The notes below the pieces were generated by a model. It was given only the letters and a program-made list of their open reading frames with translations, searched no databases and had not been told where the DNA came from. Below are positions 38,513-49,190 of a DNA stretch of 64,000 nt, in pieces. Where the stretch lies: positions 9,919-73,918 of the forward strand of contig CANHDJ010000007.1 of NCBI GenBank assembly GCA_947459425.1, given 5' to 3'. The position numbers were made by a program, and so were the translations under genes. Numbering within the stretch: position 1 is the stretch's first letter; the number at the start of each line of letters is the position of its first letter. This stretch comes from Ignavibacteria bacterium (lineage in GTDB: Bacteria > Bacteroidota > Ignavibacteria > Kapaibacteriales > UBA4661).

Positions 38513-41500
38513 ATGCGGTGTTCAGAACGTTTTCGTGGATTGCTTGTTCTCGCGCTGGCGGGAATCATGCTCTACGCTTGTAGTGGCGGCAATGACTTAG
38601 CCATTACGAGCAAAAATTTCGAGTCTCAAATTGACCTTCAGCAAAATTTGGTGCTGGAATTTTCTCACCCCCTTGTGCCGGATTCGCTACTGAATGCATG
38701 GGATTCGACGCGCTATGTGAAGTTCACGCCTGCCGTGCAAGGCTCGTTCAAATGGACATCGCCCACAACTCTTGTTTTTTCGCCGTCTGCTGCCTTCAAA
38801 GCCAGCACCGACTATAAAGCCGAGCTTACTGATGCACTTCTTCAAAATGCCGGAAAGCGAGAGCAGAAGCGCGTTTCGCTGCCGAGTGAACGGAACATTA
38901 ACTTCCACACGCCCTATCTGACCCTGCAAAGTGTCGATGCCGCTTGGGTTCGTGCAGGAGGCGAACAACCATCCGCCGGAATGAGCAGTGGTGCGCCTTC
39001 AGTGGAATTGCGTATTTCGCTGCCATTTAATTACAACGTCGCACCGCAGAGCCTTTCGGAGCATCTGCAAATAGCAATGGACGGGAAAACGATTCCATTT
39101 TCGGTAAAAAATACCCAAGCCGCACAAACACTGGCATTGGCGGTACAGTGCCGTAAAGAAGATGGTGGTAAAACGCTGACACTGACGGTCTCCAAAGGCT
39201 TGCGCTGCGTGGAAAGCGAATGGACAACGCCCGAAGAAATCAAGCAAACGCTGACCGTGCCGTCGCCGGACGAGTTCAAAATCACCGCCGTAACGAGCGA
39301 TTACGACGACGATAACCCGATTATTCGCATTCAGACCTCGCAAAGCCTCTTCGATGCTCAGGTTCAGCCCTTTGTGAGCGTTCAGCCGCAGCCGAAAAAT
39401 TTCAGCGTTGAAGCGTCAGAAACAGGCATTATCGTGCGCGGCGCATTCCAGCCCGACTCCGCGTATCAACTGACCGTAAGCAAGAATTTACGCGGTCTTT
39501 TCGGCGGTGAACTGGGCGGCGATTATGTTCAAACCATAAATTTTGGCACTCTTGTTCCGGCTATCAAATTTACCGATGCCAAGGCGATGTACCTGTCCAC
39601 GCAAGGTGGCAAGAATATCGGTGTGAAAATTAGTAACGTCGGAAAAATTGAGGTTATCGTTGAAAAAATTTACGAGAATAATATTCTTGCCTATGCCCGT
39701 AATGGCGGCAAAACCTACGATGGAAGCTATGATGAGGCAACTCAGCAGTATAATTCCTGGGAAGATTATGCAAATGTTGACGATTTTGGCGACCCTGTTT
39801 TTCGTAAAATCATTGATACCAAGGGGCTTCCGAAGTCCAATGGCGCATCATTGCTGAATCTTGACTTTCAAGATAAACTGACAGGCAAAGGGCTGTACAT
39901 CGTCCGTGTCATTTCAACCGAACAAAAATGGCTCCGTGACAGCCGCATGATTGCTATTTCGGACATTGGACTGATCGCAAAAATGAGCGATGACGCACTT
40001 TTCCTGATGGCAAATTCCATCAAAACCGCAGAACCACTTGCTTCTGCCGAAATTCGCGTGATTTCGCGCCACAACCAAGTCCTTGCCAAAGGCGAAACCA
40101 ACAAAGACGGCGTTGCGACCTTACCCAATCTTCGCGGAACCACGCCGGGAAGCACTCCGGCGCTGATTACGGCGACAGCCAACGGCGAAACCACCTATCT
40201 GATGCTTAACGACACTCGCGTCGAGACTTCGCGCTACGATGTGGGCGGCTTACAGGAAAATGTTTCCGGTTTGCAAGCATTTATCTACGGCGACCGCGAT
40301 ATGTATCGCCCCGGCGAAACCGTGCGCTTCAATGTAGTGCTGCGCAATCTTGACTGGTCTCCGGCAGCAAAACAGCCTGTGAAAATCAAGATTATTCTAC
40401 CGACGGGCAAGGAATATGCCGTGCTGAAGCGTACCTTGAACGATGAAGGCGCAGTCGAAAACAGTCTCGCCATGCCGACTTCCGCCATGACAGGTGGCTA
40501 CGCGATTGAGGTCTATACGATGAATGATGTGCTGCTTTCTTCGCAGCGCTTCAATATCGAAGAGTTTTTGCCTGACCGCATCTCCGTAACGATGGCACTG
40601 TCGGCAGAAGTGGCGCGTCCGGGCGAAAATGTGCGCCTGACGGCAACAGCGCTGAATCTTTTTGGTCCGCCCGCCGCAAATCGCAATTACAACGCTGAAA
40701 TCTACCTTAAACATCGCTTGTTTACAGCTAAAGGCTTTGAAAAATACAATTTCGCCCTGCAAAGCGGTGGAAGCCGCTCTGGGCGCTATGGCGAGGATAA
40801 TGTTGATTCTGCACCGATGGAACCGCTCACGCGGCAAGGCGTGACCAGTGCCGAAGGCACACTCGCAGAAGACATCGAAATCCCCGCGAACTACCGCGAC
40901 ATCGGCTTGCTGCAAGGCTCGGCGTTTGTAACCGTGTTCGATGAAAATGGTCGCCCTGTGGTGCGGATGAAACCCTTCACCGTGCCGACGCAGGAAGTAT
41001 TTTACGGCATTCTCGCCATTGACCGCTACCAAACCACGCGCCAATCCTTGCAAATCCCGCTTGTTGCGGTGGATGCAAGCGGTAAATCCTTGAGCAATAT
41101 TCAAGCACTGGTGAGGGTTGTACGGCATAATTGGGTGACGGTGTTGGAACGCGACCAATACAACACCTCGCGTTACCGCTATGTTTCGCAAAAACAAGAA
41201 ATCACCGAACTTGAGCGCACAATGACGATTAGCGGCGGCGCGACAAGCGTTGCCTTCACGCCGCGCACATCCGGCGAATACGAAGTCCGTGTTACAAAAC
41301 CCGGAGTTTCGAGTTATGTAAGTGAATTTTTCTATGCTTACGGCTGGGGCGACACGCAAGCCTCTTCCTTTGAGGTGAGCAAAGAAGGAGAAATCACGAT
41401 TGAAAGCGAGAAAACCGCGTACCAAAGCGGTGAAACTGCCAAGCTGCTCTTCAAAACGCCTTTTGCGGGCAAATTGCTTGTAACGGTGGAGCGAAGCGGT

Positions 41501-44026
41501 GTTCTGGATTATTACACGCTTCAAACCGACCAAAAATCGGCGAAACTCGACATCAAAATCAAGGACGAATACACGCCCAACGTTTACGTTTCGGCAACGC
41601 TCATCAAGCCGTTGGACGACGGTACGATGCCGCTCACCATCGCCTACGGCTATCACCCGCTCAAAGTCGAGAAGTCTGGTACGAAGCTGCCAGTGAGCAT
41701 CACGGTTGCCGAGCAGTCCCGCTCAAAAACCAAGCAAACCATTACCGTACAAACGGGTGAGTCCGACGCGGAATTGACGGTGGCAGTGGTGGACGAGGGA
41801 ATTTTACAACTCAAAAACTTCCAAACCCCCGACCCTTATGGCTATTTCTACCAAAAGCGGGCGCTCCAGGTTGCAGCGCATTCGGTGTATCCGCTTTTGT
41901 TCCCCGATTTACGCCCCAAAAGCAGTTCTGCGGGCGACGCTGCCCTTGCAAACCGCATCAATCCTTTCTCCAATAAGCGTGTAAAACTCATTGCGCTTTG
42001 GAGCGGTATTGCCAAAGCAAGCGGCGGGAAATTCTCGTACACGATAGATGTGCCAGAGTTTTCGGGTGCGCTGCGCGTGATGGCAGTGGCATACAAAGGG
42101 AGTAAATTCGGCTCGGCGGAAAAAACGATGCGCGTCGCCGACCCAATCGTGATTTCAAGCGGCTTGCCGCGCTTTTTAAGTCCGGGCGACGAAGCACTTG
42201 TGCCTGTAACGCTCACCAACACAACGCAGCGTGAAGCAAATGCGCAAGTGGCGGTGTCGGGCGAAGGCTCGGTCGGGGTTGCTGACGGTAATCAAAGCGT
42301 CGCACTTCCGGCGAATAGCGAAAAGCGTATTTTTGTCAAGGTCGGTACACGCGGCTTGGGGACTGGTGCGGTGAATGTGCAGGTAAGCGGCATGGGTGAG
42401 AAATTCTCCGAGCGCACAGAAATGACCGTGCGCCCTGTGGCAGGTTTGGTGAAATATTCCGGTTCAGGAGCAATGAGGGCAGGAGAAACACAGGCGTTCA
42501 GCCTTGCCGGAAACTTTATGCAAGGCACAGCGCGTGGGCGCTTGGTTGTGAGTAAATCTCCGATTGCACAATTCACGAAAAATCTCAATTACGTCTTACA
42601 ATATCCCTACGGCTGCGTAGAACAGACGGTTTCAAGCGCTTTCCCGCAAATCTATGCTGCCGACCTTGCAAAATCGCTGAACCAGAGCCTTACGCAAAAT
42701 GGCGGCAGCGCTCAAGCGACTGCGAATATCCAAGAAGCCGTCCGCAAATTAACCTCCATGCAGCTCTACAACGGCTCTCTGAGCTATTGGCAGGGCGGCA
42801 CGGAAGAAAGCTGGTTCGGCACGGCGTATGGTGCGCATTTCCTCGCTGAGGCACAAAAAGCGGGATACGACGTGGGAGAGCAGTTTTTAAGTCGTTTGCA
42901 GGGGTATTTGTCCAAAAAAGTGAAAGAGCGGAATTATGAAAATTACGGGTACTTCGACCGCACCGGGCAGTACAAAACTCGGACTATTCCAGCAAAGACG
43001 ATTTTTTACTCGCTCTACGTCTTGGCACTGGCGAACAAACCTGATTTTGCAACGATGAATTTCTACAAAGCAAATCGTGATTCACTGGCATTAGATTCGC
43101 GGTATTTGCTGGCAACCGCATATTTCCTTGCGGGTGACAAAGCTAGTTATCGCAGCCTTCTTCCGAAAGCATTTGATGGCGAAAAAGCGGTCAATAGCTT
43201 CAGCGGCAGTTTTACCTCCTACGTCCGTGATGAAGCCATTTCTCTCAGCGCACTCATGGATGTCGAACCGGAAAATCCGCAAATCGGTATTATGACCAAA
43301 CACCTCTCGGAACAGCTTAAAACCTCGCGTTATTTGAGTACGCAAGAAAATGGAATGGCGCTGGTGGCGCTCGGCAAAATTGCCAAACGTGCTGCCGCTA
43401 GTGACGTAAAAGCCGTGATTTCAAGTGGCGGGCAGAAGATTGCTGATTTTGCAGGCGGAGACGTGGTATTGACACAAAATATTGCCGGAAAGCAAGTATC
43501 GGTTGCCTCTAGCGGTACAGGAACGCTCTATTATTTCTGGGACACCGAAGGCTTGAGCGCTGATGGCTCGTTCCCGCAAGAAGACAGCTTTTTACAGGTG
43601 CGCCGTACCTTCCTGACGCGCACGGGACAGTCGTTGAACCCGGAGTCTATCATGCAAAACGATTTGGTTGTCGTAAAAATTTCGCTGGCAAGCACGAATA
43701 AAGCTAGTGTTGACAACGTGGTGATAACCGATATGCTTCCGGCAGGGCTTGAAATTGAGAATCCTCGCGTAGGTGCTGTGGCAGAACTGTCGTGGATAAA
43801 GGACAATCACGAACCGGATCATCTGGACATACGAGACGACCGCATTAACTTTTTCACAAAAGTTGAAGGCACGGTGCGGCACTACTACTACCTTGCGCGG
43901 GCGGTCTCGAAAGGCACATTCCGCTTGGGTCCCGTGAGTGCCGATGCGATGTACAACGGTGAGTATCATTCCTACAATGGCGCAGGTGTGGTGCGGATTG
44001 CGGAGCGCGTTGGCGCGTCGCAGTAA
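38513..44026 (+). CDS. bacterial alpha-2-macroglobulin (lipoprotein)
   Basis: Lipobox LYAC, DRDMYRPGE (MG2), LPRFLSPGD, thioester motif YPYGCVEQ, DMLPAGLEIEN. Confidence 0.95.
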   Translation: MRCSERFRGLLVLALAGIMLYACSGGNDLAITSKNFESQIDLQQNLVLEFSHPLVPDSLLNAWDSTRYVKFTPAVQGSFKWTSPTTLVFSPSAAFKASTDYKAELTDALLQNAGKREQKRVSLPSERNINFHTPYLTLQSVDAAWVRAGGEQPSAGMSSGAPSVELRISLPFNYNVAPQSLSEHLQIAMDGKTIPFSVKNTQAAQTLALAVQCRKEDGGKTLTLTVSKGLRCVESEWTTPEEIKQTLTVPSPDEFKITAVTSDYDDDNPIIRIQTSQSLFDAQVQPFVSVQPQPKNFSVEASETGIIVRGAFQPDSAYQLTVSKNLRGLFGGELGGDYVQTINFGTLVPAIKFTDAKAMYLSTQGGKNIGVKISNVGKIEVIVEKIYENNILAYARNGGKTYDGSYDEATQQYNSWEDYANVDDFGDPVFRKIIDTKGLPKSNGASLLNLDFQDKLTGKGLYIVRVISTEQKWLRDSRMIAISDIGLIAKMSDDALFLMANSIKTAEPLASAEIRVISRHNQVLAKGETNKDGVATLPNLRGTTPGSTPALITATANGETTYLMLNDTRVETSRYDVGGLQENVSGLQAFIYGDRDMYRPGETVRFNVVLRNLDWSPAAKQPVKIKIILPTGKEYAVLKRTLNDEGAVENSLAMPTSAMTGGYAIEVYTMNDVLLSSQRFNIEEFLPDRISVTMALSAEVARPGENVRLTATALNLFGPPAANRNYNAEIYLKHRLFTAKGFEKYNFALQSGGSRSGRYGEDNVDSAPMEPLTRQGVTSAEGTLAEDIEIPANYRDIGLLQGSAFVTVFDENGRPVVRMKPFTVPTQEVFYGILAIDRYQTTRQSLQIPLVAVDASGKSLSNIQALVRVVRHNWVTVLERDQYNTSRYRYVSQKQEITELERTMTISGGATSVAFTPRTSGEYEVRVTKPGVSSYVSEFFYAYGWGDTQASSFEVSKEGEITIESEKTAYQSGETAKLLFKTPFAGKLLVTVERSGVLDYYTLQTDQKSAKLDIKIKDEYTPNVYVSATLIKPLDDGTMPLTIAYGYHPLKVEKSGTKLPVSITVAEQSRSKTKQTITVQTGESDAELTVAVVDEGILQLKNFQTPDPYGYFYQKRALQVAAHSVYPLLFPDLRPKSSSAGDAALANRINPFSNKRVKLIALWSGIAKASGGKFSYTIDVPEFSGALRVMAVAYKGSKFGSAEKTMRVADPIVISSGLPRFLSPGDEALVPVTLTNTTQREANAQVAVSGEGSVGVADGNQSVALPANSEKRIFVKVGTRGLGTGAVNVQVSGMGEKFSERTEMTVRPVAGLVKYSGSGAMRAGETQAFSLAGNFMQGTARGRLVVSKSPIAQFTKNLNYVLQYPYGCVEQTVSSAFPQIYAADLAKSLNQSLTQNGGSAQATANIQEAVRKLTSMQLYNGSLSYWQGGTEESWFGTAYGAHFLAEAQKAGYDVGEQFLSRLQGYLSKKVKERNYENYGYFDRTGQYKTRTIPAKTIFYSLYVLALANKPDFATMNFYKANRDSLALDSRYLLATAYFLAGDKASYRSLLPKAFDGEKAVNSFSGSFTSYVRDEAISLSALMDVEPENPQIGIMTKHLSEQLKTSRYLSTQENGMALVALGKIAKRAAASDVKAVISSGGQKIADFAGGDVVLTQNIAGKQVSVASSGTGTLYYFWDTEGLSADGSFPQEDSFLQVRRTFLTRTGQSLNPESIMQNDLVVVKISLASTNKASVDNVVITDMLPAGLEIENPRVGAVAELSWIKDNHEPDHLDIRDDRINFFTKVEGTVRHYYYLARAVSKGTFRLGPVSADAMYNGEYHSYNGAGVVRIAERVGASQ

Positions 44027-44074
44027 GGTTTGCCCTATTATTGTTAGCGGCAGTGATGGCATTTCAGTATTATC

Positions 44075-44111
44075 ACGTCGGGCGGCTTTTTCGCCGTCCG
44101 GCGTTTTTTTT
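44075..44111 (+). terminator. family A palindrome (copy 4) followed by a T-run; probable terminator of the alpha-2-macroglobulin gene
   Basis: ACGTCGGGCGGC-TTTTTC-GCCGTCCGGCGT then TTTTTTT; inverted half copy CCGCCGGACGGC at 44151-44162. Confidence 0.7.
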
Positions 44112-44249
44112 GTGGTGTTTGCCTCCGAATTAACGGTGGTGTAGAAGAATCCGCCGGACGGCAGCGTATATGCACTCCTCAGCCTCCCAACGAGGGTATG
44201 ATATGAGCAATTATCCTATTTTTAGACCTTACCAGCACCATTTCCAACT

Positions 44250-44885
44250 ATGTTCCAAACAGAGTTTTTTTCCTACCTCCAACTTGGTTTTTCGCACATT
44301 GCCGACCTTGCTGGCTACGACCATATTTTGTTCGTGACTGCGCTTTGTGCGCTCTACGATATGCGCCACTGGCGGCACCTGCTCTGGCTTGTTACTGCTT
44401 TTACGATTGGACATTCGGTGACATTGGCGCTTTCGACGCTCAACGTTATTGCGTTTTCGAGTAGTATCGTGGAATTTCTTATTCCCGTGACGATTGCGCT
44501 CACGGCGTGTGTCAATATCGCAACCTTGCACAGGAAGGAGGAGTTTTTTGCGCAAGAAGAGTCGGCGAATTTTCTTCAGGTATTACGAGGGCAGGATTGG
44601 ACAAAGTACGCAATGGCACTGGGTTTTGGCTTTATTCACGGGATGGGCTTTTCGACATTTTTGAAAAGTTTGCTGGGCAGGGAAGCCGCCATTACGCTGC
44701 CGTTGTTGGCATTTAATGTGGGATTGGAATGTGGGCAGATCCTCATTGTTGGCTGCCTTTTATTGCTGACCTTTGTAATGACAAGGCTTATTGGGTTGGC
44801 ACGGCGCGATTGGGCGCTTATTGTTTCGGGTGCATCACTGGGAATTGCCTTGACGTTGATGCTGAAAAATGCTCCATCGTTGTAG
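44250..44885 (+). CDS. HupE/UreJ-family membrane protein
   Basis: GFSHI, GYDHILF, TAFTIGHSVTL, FGFIHGMGF, FNVGLECGQ. Confidence 0.92.
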   Translation: MFQTEFFSYLQLGFSHIADLAGYDHILFVTALCALYDMRHWRHLLWLVTAFTIGHSVTLALSTLNVIAFSSSIVEFLIPVTIALTACVNIATLHRKEEFFAQEESANFLQVLRGQDWTKYAMALGFGFIHGMGFSTFLKSLLGREAAITLPLLAFNVGLECGQILIVGCLLLLTFVMTRLIGLARRDWALIVSGASLGIALTLMLKNAPSL

Positions 44886-44900
44886 CGTTATTTTCGCTGC

Positions 44901-44970
44901 AACATCGTCCAACAGGAGCGCAAACGCAGTTCGCAAAACTACGGTGTGAATTGCATTTGCACTCCTGTTG
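44901..44970. repeat. inverted pair of family B repeats forming a 26-bp imperfect hairpin between convergent genes
   Basis: CAACAGGAGCGCAAACGCAGTTCGCA ... TGTGAATTGCATTTGCACTCCTGTTG (22/26 complementary). Confidence 0.8.
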
Positions 44971-44979
44971 AGCGTATTT

Positions 44980-46797
44980 TTACACCGCCGAGCGCGTATC
45001 TTCTGCCAGCATTGGGAAAAGGCGCGAAAAGAGCGTTAGTGAACTTGCCGAAAGTTCTGCCAGTGTGCCGCTTTCCACCGCTACACCTTCGCTGAGTACC
45101 AAGATACGGTCAGAGCGGCGAATGTTCTCAATGTCATTAGAAATATCAAGAATCGTCCAGTTGCCGCAAGCATAGATTCCATCAAGGATTTGGAGCTTCC
45201 GGGCTTGGTCGAGCGTGTGCAGTGCCTCGTCAATAACGAGCAGTTGCGGACGAGCAATAATCGCACGAGCAATCATAATGCGGCACAAAATACTTTCCGA
45301 GAGATTCACGCCTGTTGCCAAAATTTCTGTATTTAAGCCATTGGGAAGTTGTACGATTTCTTCATAGACGTGTGCTGTCTTGAGCGCCCATTCAATATCT
45401 TCCGTCCCAAAATGCCTTCCAAGCATGATATTATCACGCACGGTGCCGTCAAAAATTTCCAGATTTGTCGAAACAATACCGATTGCAGCGCGAGTGTCGC
45501 TCATTCGCAAGTGGCGTATTTCCTGACCATTCAGCAAAACACCGCCACTTTGCGCGTCGTAGAGTCGCGCCAAAAGATTGGTAACGGTTGTTTTACCCGA
45601 ACCCGGCTCTCCAACAATGCTGGTGTGTGAGCATGGTGTAACCTCAAACGACAAGCCATTGAGTACATTGACTCCATCAGGGTAGGCAAAATAAATATTT
45701 TGTAACCGCAATGAAGCTGGTCCTGATCGTCGCTCAAAGTGCTCACCACCACTGGTTTCCAACTCTTTATCGGTAATATGCGATACTTTGTCAACGGCAG
45801 TAAGTAAGTCATAGTAAATATCAAATTGGCTGATAAGTTTTTCCAACGAACTCAGAATAGATAAAATCACCAATTCTGCGGCAACCAACTGACCAATCGA
45901 AATACTTTGCTCAATGACTAAAAAGCCGCCCAATCCTAATACACCAGCGCTGGCAATTGCACGGAAAATCGCAGAACCCATCAGTTGCCGTGCCAAAACA
46001 GCAAAGTGTTTTGCACGTGCCTTCACGTATTCTTCCGCAATGTGGTCAACGCGCTCCATAATAAATTCTTCCGTCGCATAGACCTTGAAACTCGTGTGGC
46101 TGCGGGCGATTTCTTCTAGCCATTCGACAAGAGCATATTTTTTCTTTGATTCTTTGATACTTGTTTCTAAACCGCCGTAAGAAAGGGCAAAAATGACAAT
46201 AGCGGCAAAAAAGAATAAAGCAAAATCAAAGATAATAAACACAGGATGATAGACAGCCAGCAAAACCAACCCCACTAATGCTATCAACAGCGCACTCAAG
46301 CCATCTAGGAGCATTTTACTCAGCGATTTTTGAATTGTTATCACATCAAAAAATCGGTTGACGAGTTCCGGTGCATATTCGCCGGAAAGAGCATCCATGC
46401 GGATTTTAGGCAATCGCGTGGCAATATCCAATGCTGCACGGACAAATAAACGACGCTGCAAAAGATCCACCAAATACGATTCCATAAGCAGGAAAATGCC
46501 CGTTATCATCATTCCTATTGCCACAACTACACATAATACAATCAGTTGTGGCGTGATTACGCCCAACTGCACTGCATTGACGATTGCTTGCGAAGAAAGT
46601 GGCACCACCAAACTCAGCAAACCGGAGATAATCGAATACGTGACTAACACCCAAATATCACGCTTTTCTGCATGAATAAGGTGATAGAGTTTTTTGAGTA
46701 ATTCCCATGCGGTTGGTTGATGATGATGCCCCGCCGCGCCATGGCTGGCGTGGCTATTGTGCGAATGTGCTTGACCGTTGGTGTGGTGTGAAGCCAT
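44980..46797 (-). CDS. ABC exporter (TMD+NBD) with degenerate signature and His-rich N-terminus
   Basis: YAPELVNRFFD, GQLVAAE, Walker A GEPGSGKT, signature LSESI, Walker B LLVIDE. Confidence 0.88.
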   Translation of the reverse strand: MASHHTNGQAHSHNSHASHGAAGHHHQPTAWELLKKLYHLIHAEKRDIWVLVTYSIISGLLSLVVPLSSQAIVNAVQLGVITPQLIVLCVVVAIGMMITGIFLLMESYLVDLLQRRLFVRAALDIATRLPKIRMDALSGEYAPELVNRFFDVITIQKSLSKMLLDGLSALLIALVGLVLLAVYHPVFIIFDFALFFFAAIVIFALSYGGLETSIKESKKKYALVEWLEEIARSHTSFKVYATEEFIMERVDHIAEEYVKARAKHFAVLARQLMGSAIFRAIASAGVLGLGGFLVIEQSISIGQLVAAELVILSILSSLEKLISQFDIYYDLLTAVDKVSHITDKELETSGGEHFERRSGPASLRLQNIYFAYPDGVNVLNGLSFEVTPCSHTSIVGEPGSGKTTVTNLLARLYDAQSGGVLLNGQEIRHLRMSDTRAAIGIVSTNLEIFDGTVRDNIMLGRHFGTEDIEWALKTAHVYEEIVQLPNGLNTEILATGVNLSESILCRIMIARAIIARPQLLVIDEALHTLDQARKLQILDGIYACGNWTILDISNDIENIRRSDRILVLSEGVAVESGTLAELSASSLTLFSRLFPMLAEDTRSAV

Positions 46798-46846
46798 GAT
46801 GACAGAAATGAGGTAAAATGGATGAATGAACGACAACCGTCGGCTT

Positions 46847-49150
46847 CTACGCAACATCAAGGAGCGTGAAGTCCTTCTGGTGTTGACGCAAAAATTCGTT
46901 GCGTATTGTGGTATGCTCCGATTTACGCAAATGTGGGTCTTCGGCAACGATAGCAAAGGCTTCACGGCGGGCAATCGCAATCACATCGCCGTCGCTCACC
47001 AAATCCGCAAATGTAAATTCGGGAATACCCGATTGGCGCGTACCCAAAAAGTCTCCAGGACCGCGCAATTTCAAATCAACTTCAGCAATTTTGAAGCCAT
47101 CACTGGTGTCTTGCATGGTTTTGAGGCGAATAATGCAGGATTTGCGCTCTTGTGCTTCATTCTCGCGTTTGCCGATGTGAAATTTGAAATGGTCTTTGGT
47201 TGCCAGCAAACAAAACGACTGCTCCGCGCCCCTTCCGACGCGCCCTCTGAGCTGGTGCAGTTGCGCGAGTCCAAATCGGTCGGCATTTTCAATCAACATC
47301 ACCGTTGCATTCGGCACATCAATACCAACTTCGACAACCGTTGTCGCCACTAAAATATGGAACTCTTTGTTTTTGAACGCTTTCATGGCATCTTCTTTTT
47401 CATACCAAAGCATTTGTCCATGAAGAAGTCCCAGCTTGAGGTCGGGAAAAATCTCGTGTTGAAGCCGCTCGTGGTGTTCGACGGCGGATTTTGCCTCGAC
47501 TTTTTCTGATTTTTCGACGAGAGGATAGACGATATACGCCTGATGCCCCTTCTCGACCTGCTCTCGCAAAAATTGAAAGACGACGGGGAGTTTGGACTCA
47601 AAGACCACTTTCGTTTTAATTGTTTTGCGATTTTTCGGCAATTCATCAATGACGGAAACGTCGAGGTCGCCATAAACGGTCATGGACAACGTGCGTGGAA
47701 TGGGCGTTGCTGACATAACCATAATGTGGGGCGAGATTTCTTCTGCCGTCAATTCTGCATCGTTGGCAAAACTAGCTGTTGCTTTTTTCTTCAATTCCGC
47801 ACGTTGCAAAACGCCAAATCGGTGCTGCTCGTCAATAACAACCAGCCCCAAACGCTTGTATTCAACGGTGCTTTGAAAGAGCGCGTGTGTGCCGACGATG
47901 ATGTTTGCTTCGCCGGAAAGGATTTGTTCGCTAATGGCGGCGCGTTGACGTTTTTTCTGTCCGCCGACAAGCTGCGCAACGCTGATTTTGCGCGGGTCTT
48001 GGATGTCGGCGAGTTTGGTGTTGAGTTTCTCAATATAGTCGCGGAGCGTGTTGTAGTGCTGTTCGGCAAGAATTTCGGTTGGAGCCATCATCACGCACTG
48101 CAAGCCCGCATCAATAGCGGCAAGCATCGCCAAGAGCGCCACAACGGTCTTGCCGGAGCCGACATCACCTTGCAAGAGCCTGTTCATAGGCTTTGTGCTG
48201 CGCATATCGTCCAGCGCCTCGCGGAGAACACGCTTTTGCGCACGGGTCAGATCGAAGGGCAAAAGTTCCAGCAGCAAGCGGGCAAGCGGGCTTTTTTCGC
48301 CGATTGCGGGCGCTTTGTCAATGCTTTTAATGCCATTATGCCGCATTGCCAAGAGCATTTCAAAGAAAAATAACTCCTCAAACTTCATGCGTTCACGCGC
48401 CTTGTGGAGCGCTTCGTGGGAATCGGGAAAATGCAACTGCCGTGCGGCGGACTGAATACCGGGAAAGTCAAATTTTGCGAGTAGTTCCTCCGAAAGTGTT
48501 TCGTGCAGATTGGGTATTTCCTGCTCAACAACGGCGCTAACTAAATTTCGCATAACCCGCATGGTTAAGCCAGCGTCCTTCATTTTTTGTGTGAGGCGAT
48601 ATTTCGGTAAAATCCTTCCGGCGGTGTAGGATTCTGCGTCATCGGGTTCGATACGCTCTATTTCGGGGTGGTTAAATTGAATTTTGCCGTAGGCGTATTC
48701 AGCAATGCCGCTCACGGCAAGGAGTTGGTCTTCTTGGTAGATACGCTTGAAATATTCCGCCTGATTCCAAAAAACAATTTCCGCCTTTACGCCGCTATGA
48801 TCGTCAAGTTCCACCGCAACCATTGTCCGATTTTTCCCGAAAGTTCTGTCACGCACAGCCCGCACGAAGGCAACGACGGTCACTTCTGTTTGCAGATTCA
48901 TGTTCTGTTCCGAAAAAGCATCCTGCTGTTGAGCATTGACGAGAGCCGTTTTAAGGTCGCGGAGCGAGGGAACGCTATTGCGGTCAATATAGGAGCGCGG
49001 GTAAAACCGCAATAAATCGGACGGCGTAAGGATGCCCGCGACTGCCAGTGCTTCGGCACGGCGGGGTCCGATGCCTTTCATGTACTGAATGCTCGCGGCT
49101 TGCGGCGGGCTTGAATGTGTAGAGGCTTGTGGAATAGGCTGTTCGGGCAT
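46847..49150 (-). CDS. recG: ATP-dependent DNA helicase RecG
   Basis: RLLQGDVGSGKT, DEQHRFGV, MSATPIPRTL, QLHQLRGRVGRG, DLKLRGPG. Confidence 0.98.
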   Translation of the reverse strand: MPEQPIPQASTHSSPPQAASIQYMKGIGPRRAEALAVAGILTPSDLLRFYPRSYIDRNSVPSLRDLKTALVNAQQQDAFSEQNMNLQTEVTVVAFVRAVRDRTFGKNRTMVAVELDDHSGVKAEIVFWNQAEYFKRIYQEDQLLAVSGIAEYAYGKIQFNHPEIERIEPDDAESYTAGRILPKYRLTQKMKDAGLTMRVMRNLVSAVVEQEIPNLHETLSEELLAKFDFPGIQSAARQLHFPDSHEALHKARERMKFEELFFFEMLLAMRHNGIKSIDKAPAIGEKSPLARLLLELLPFDLTRAQKRVLREALDDMRSTKPMNRLLQGDVGSGKTVVALLAMLAAIDAGLQCVMMAPTEILAEQHYNTLRDYIEKLNTKLADIQDPRKISVAQLVGGQKKRQRAAISEQILSGEANIIVGTHALFQSTVEYKRLGLVVIDEQHRFGVLQRAELKKKATASFANDAELTAEEISPHIMVMSATPIPRTLSMTVYGDLDVSVIDELPKNRKTIKTKVVFESKLPVVFQFLREQVEKGHQAYIVYPLVEKSEKVEAKSAVEHHERLQHEIFPDLKLGLLHGQMLWYEKEDAMKAFKNKEFHILVATTVVEVGIDVPNATVMLIENADRFGLAQLHQLRGRVGRGAEQSFCLLATKDHFKFHIGKRENEAQERKSCIIRLKTMQDTSDGFKIAEVDLKLRGPGDFLGTRQSGIPEFTFADLVSDGDVIAIARREAFAIVAEDPHLRKSEHTTIRNEFLRQHQKDFTLLDVA

Positions 49151-49190
49151 GGTGTTTGGTCAAAAGCCTAGAAATTATGAGTTGATGGTT

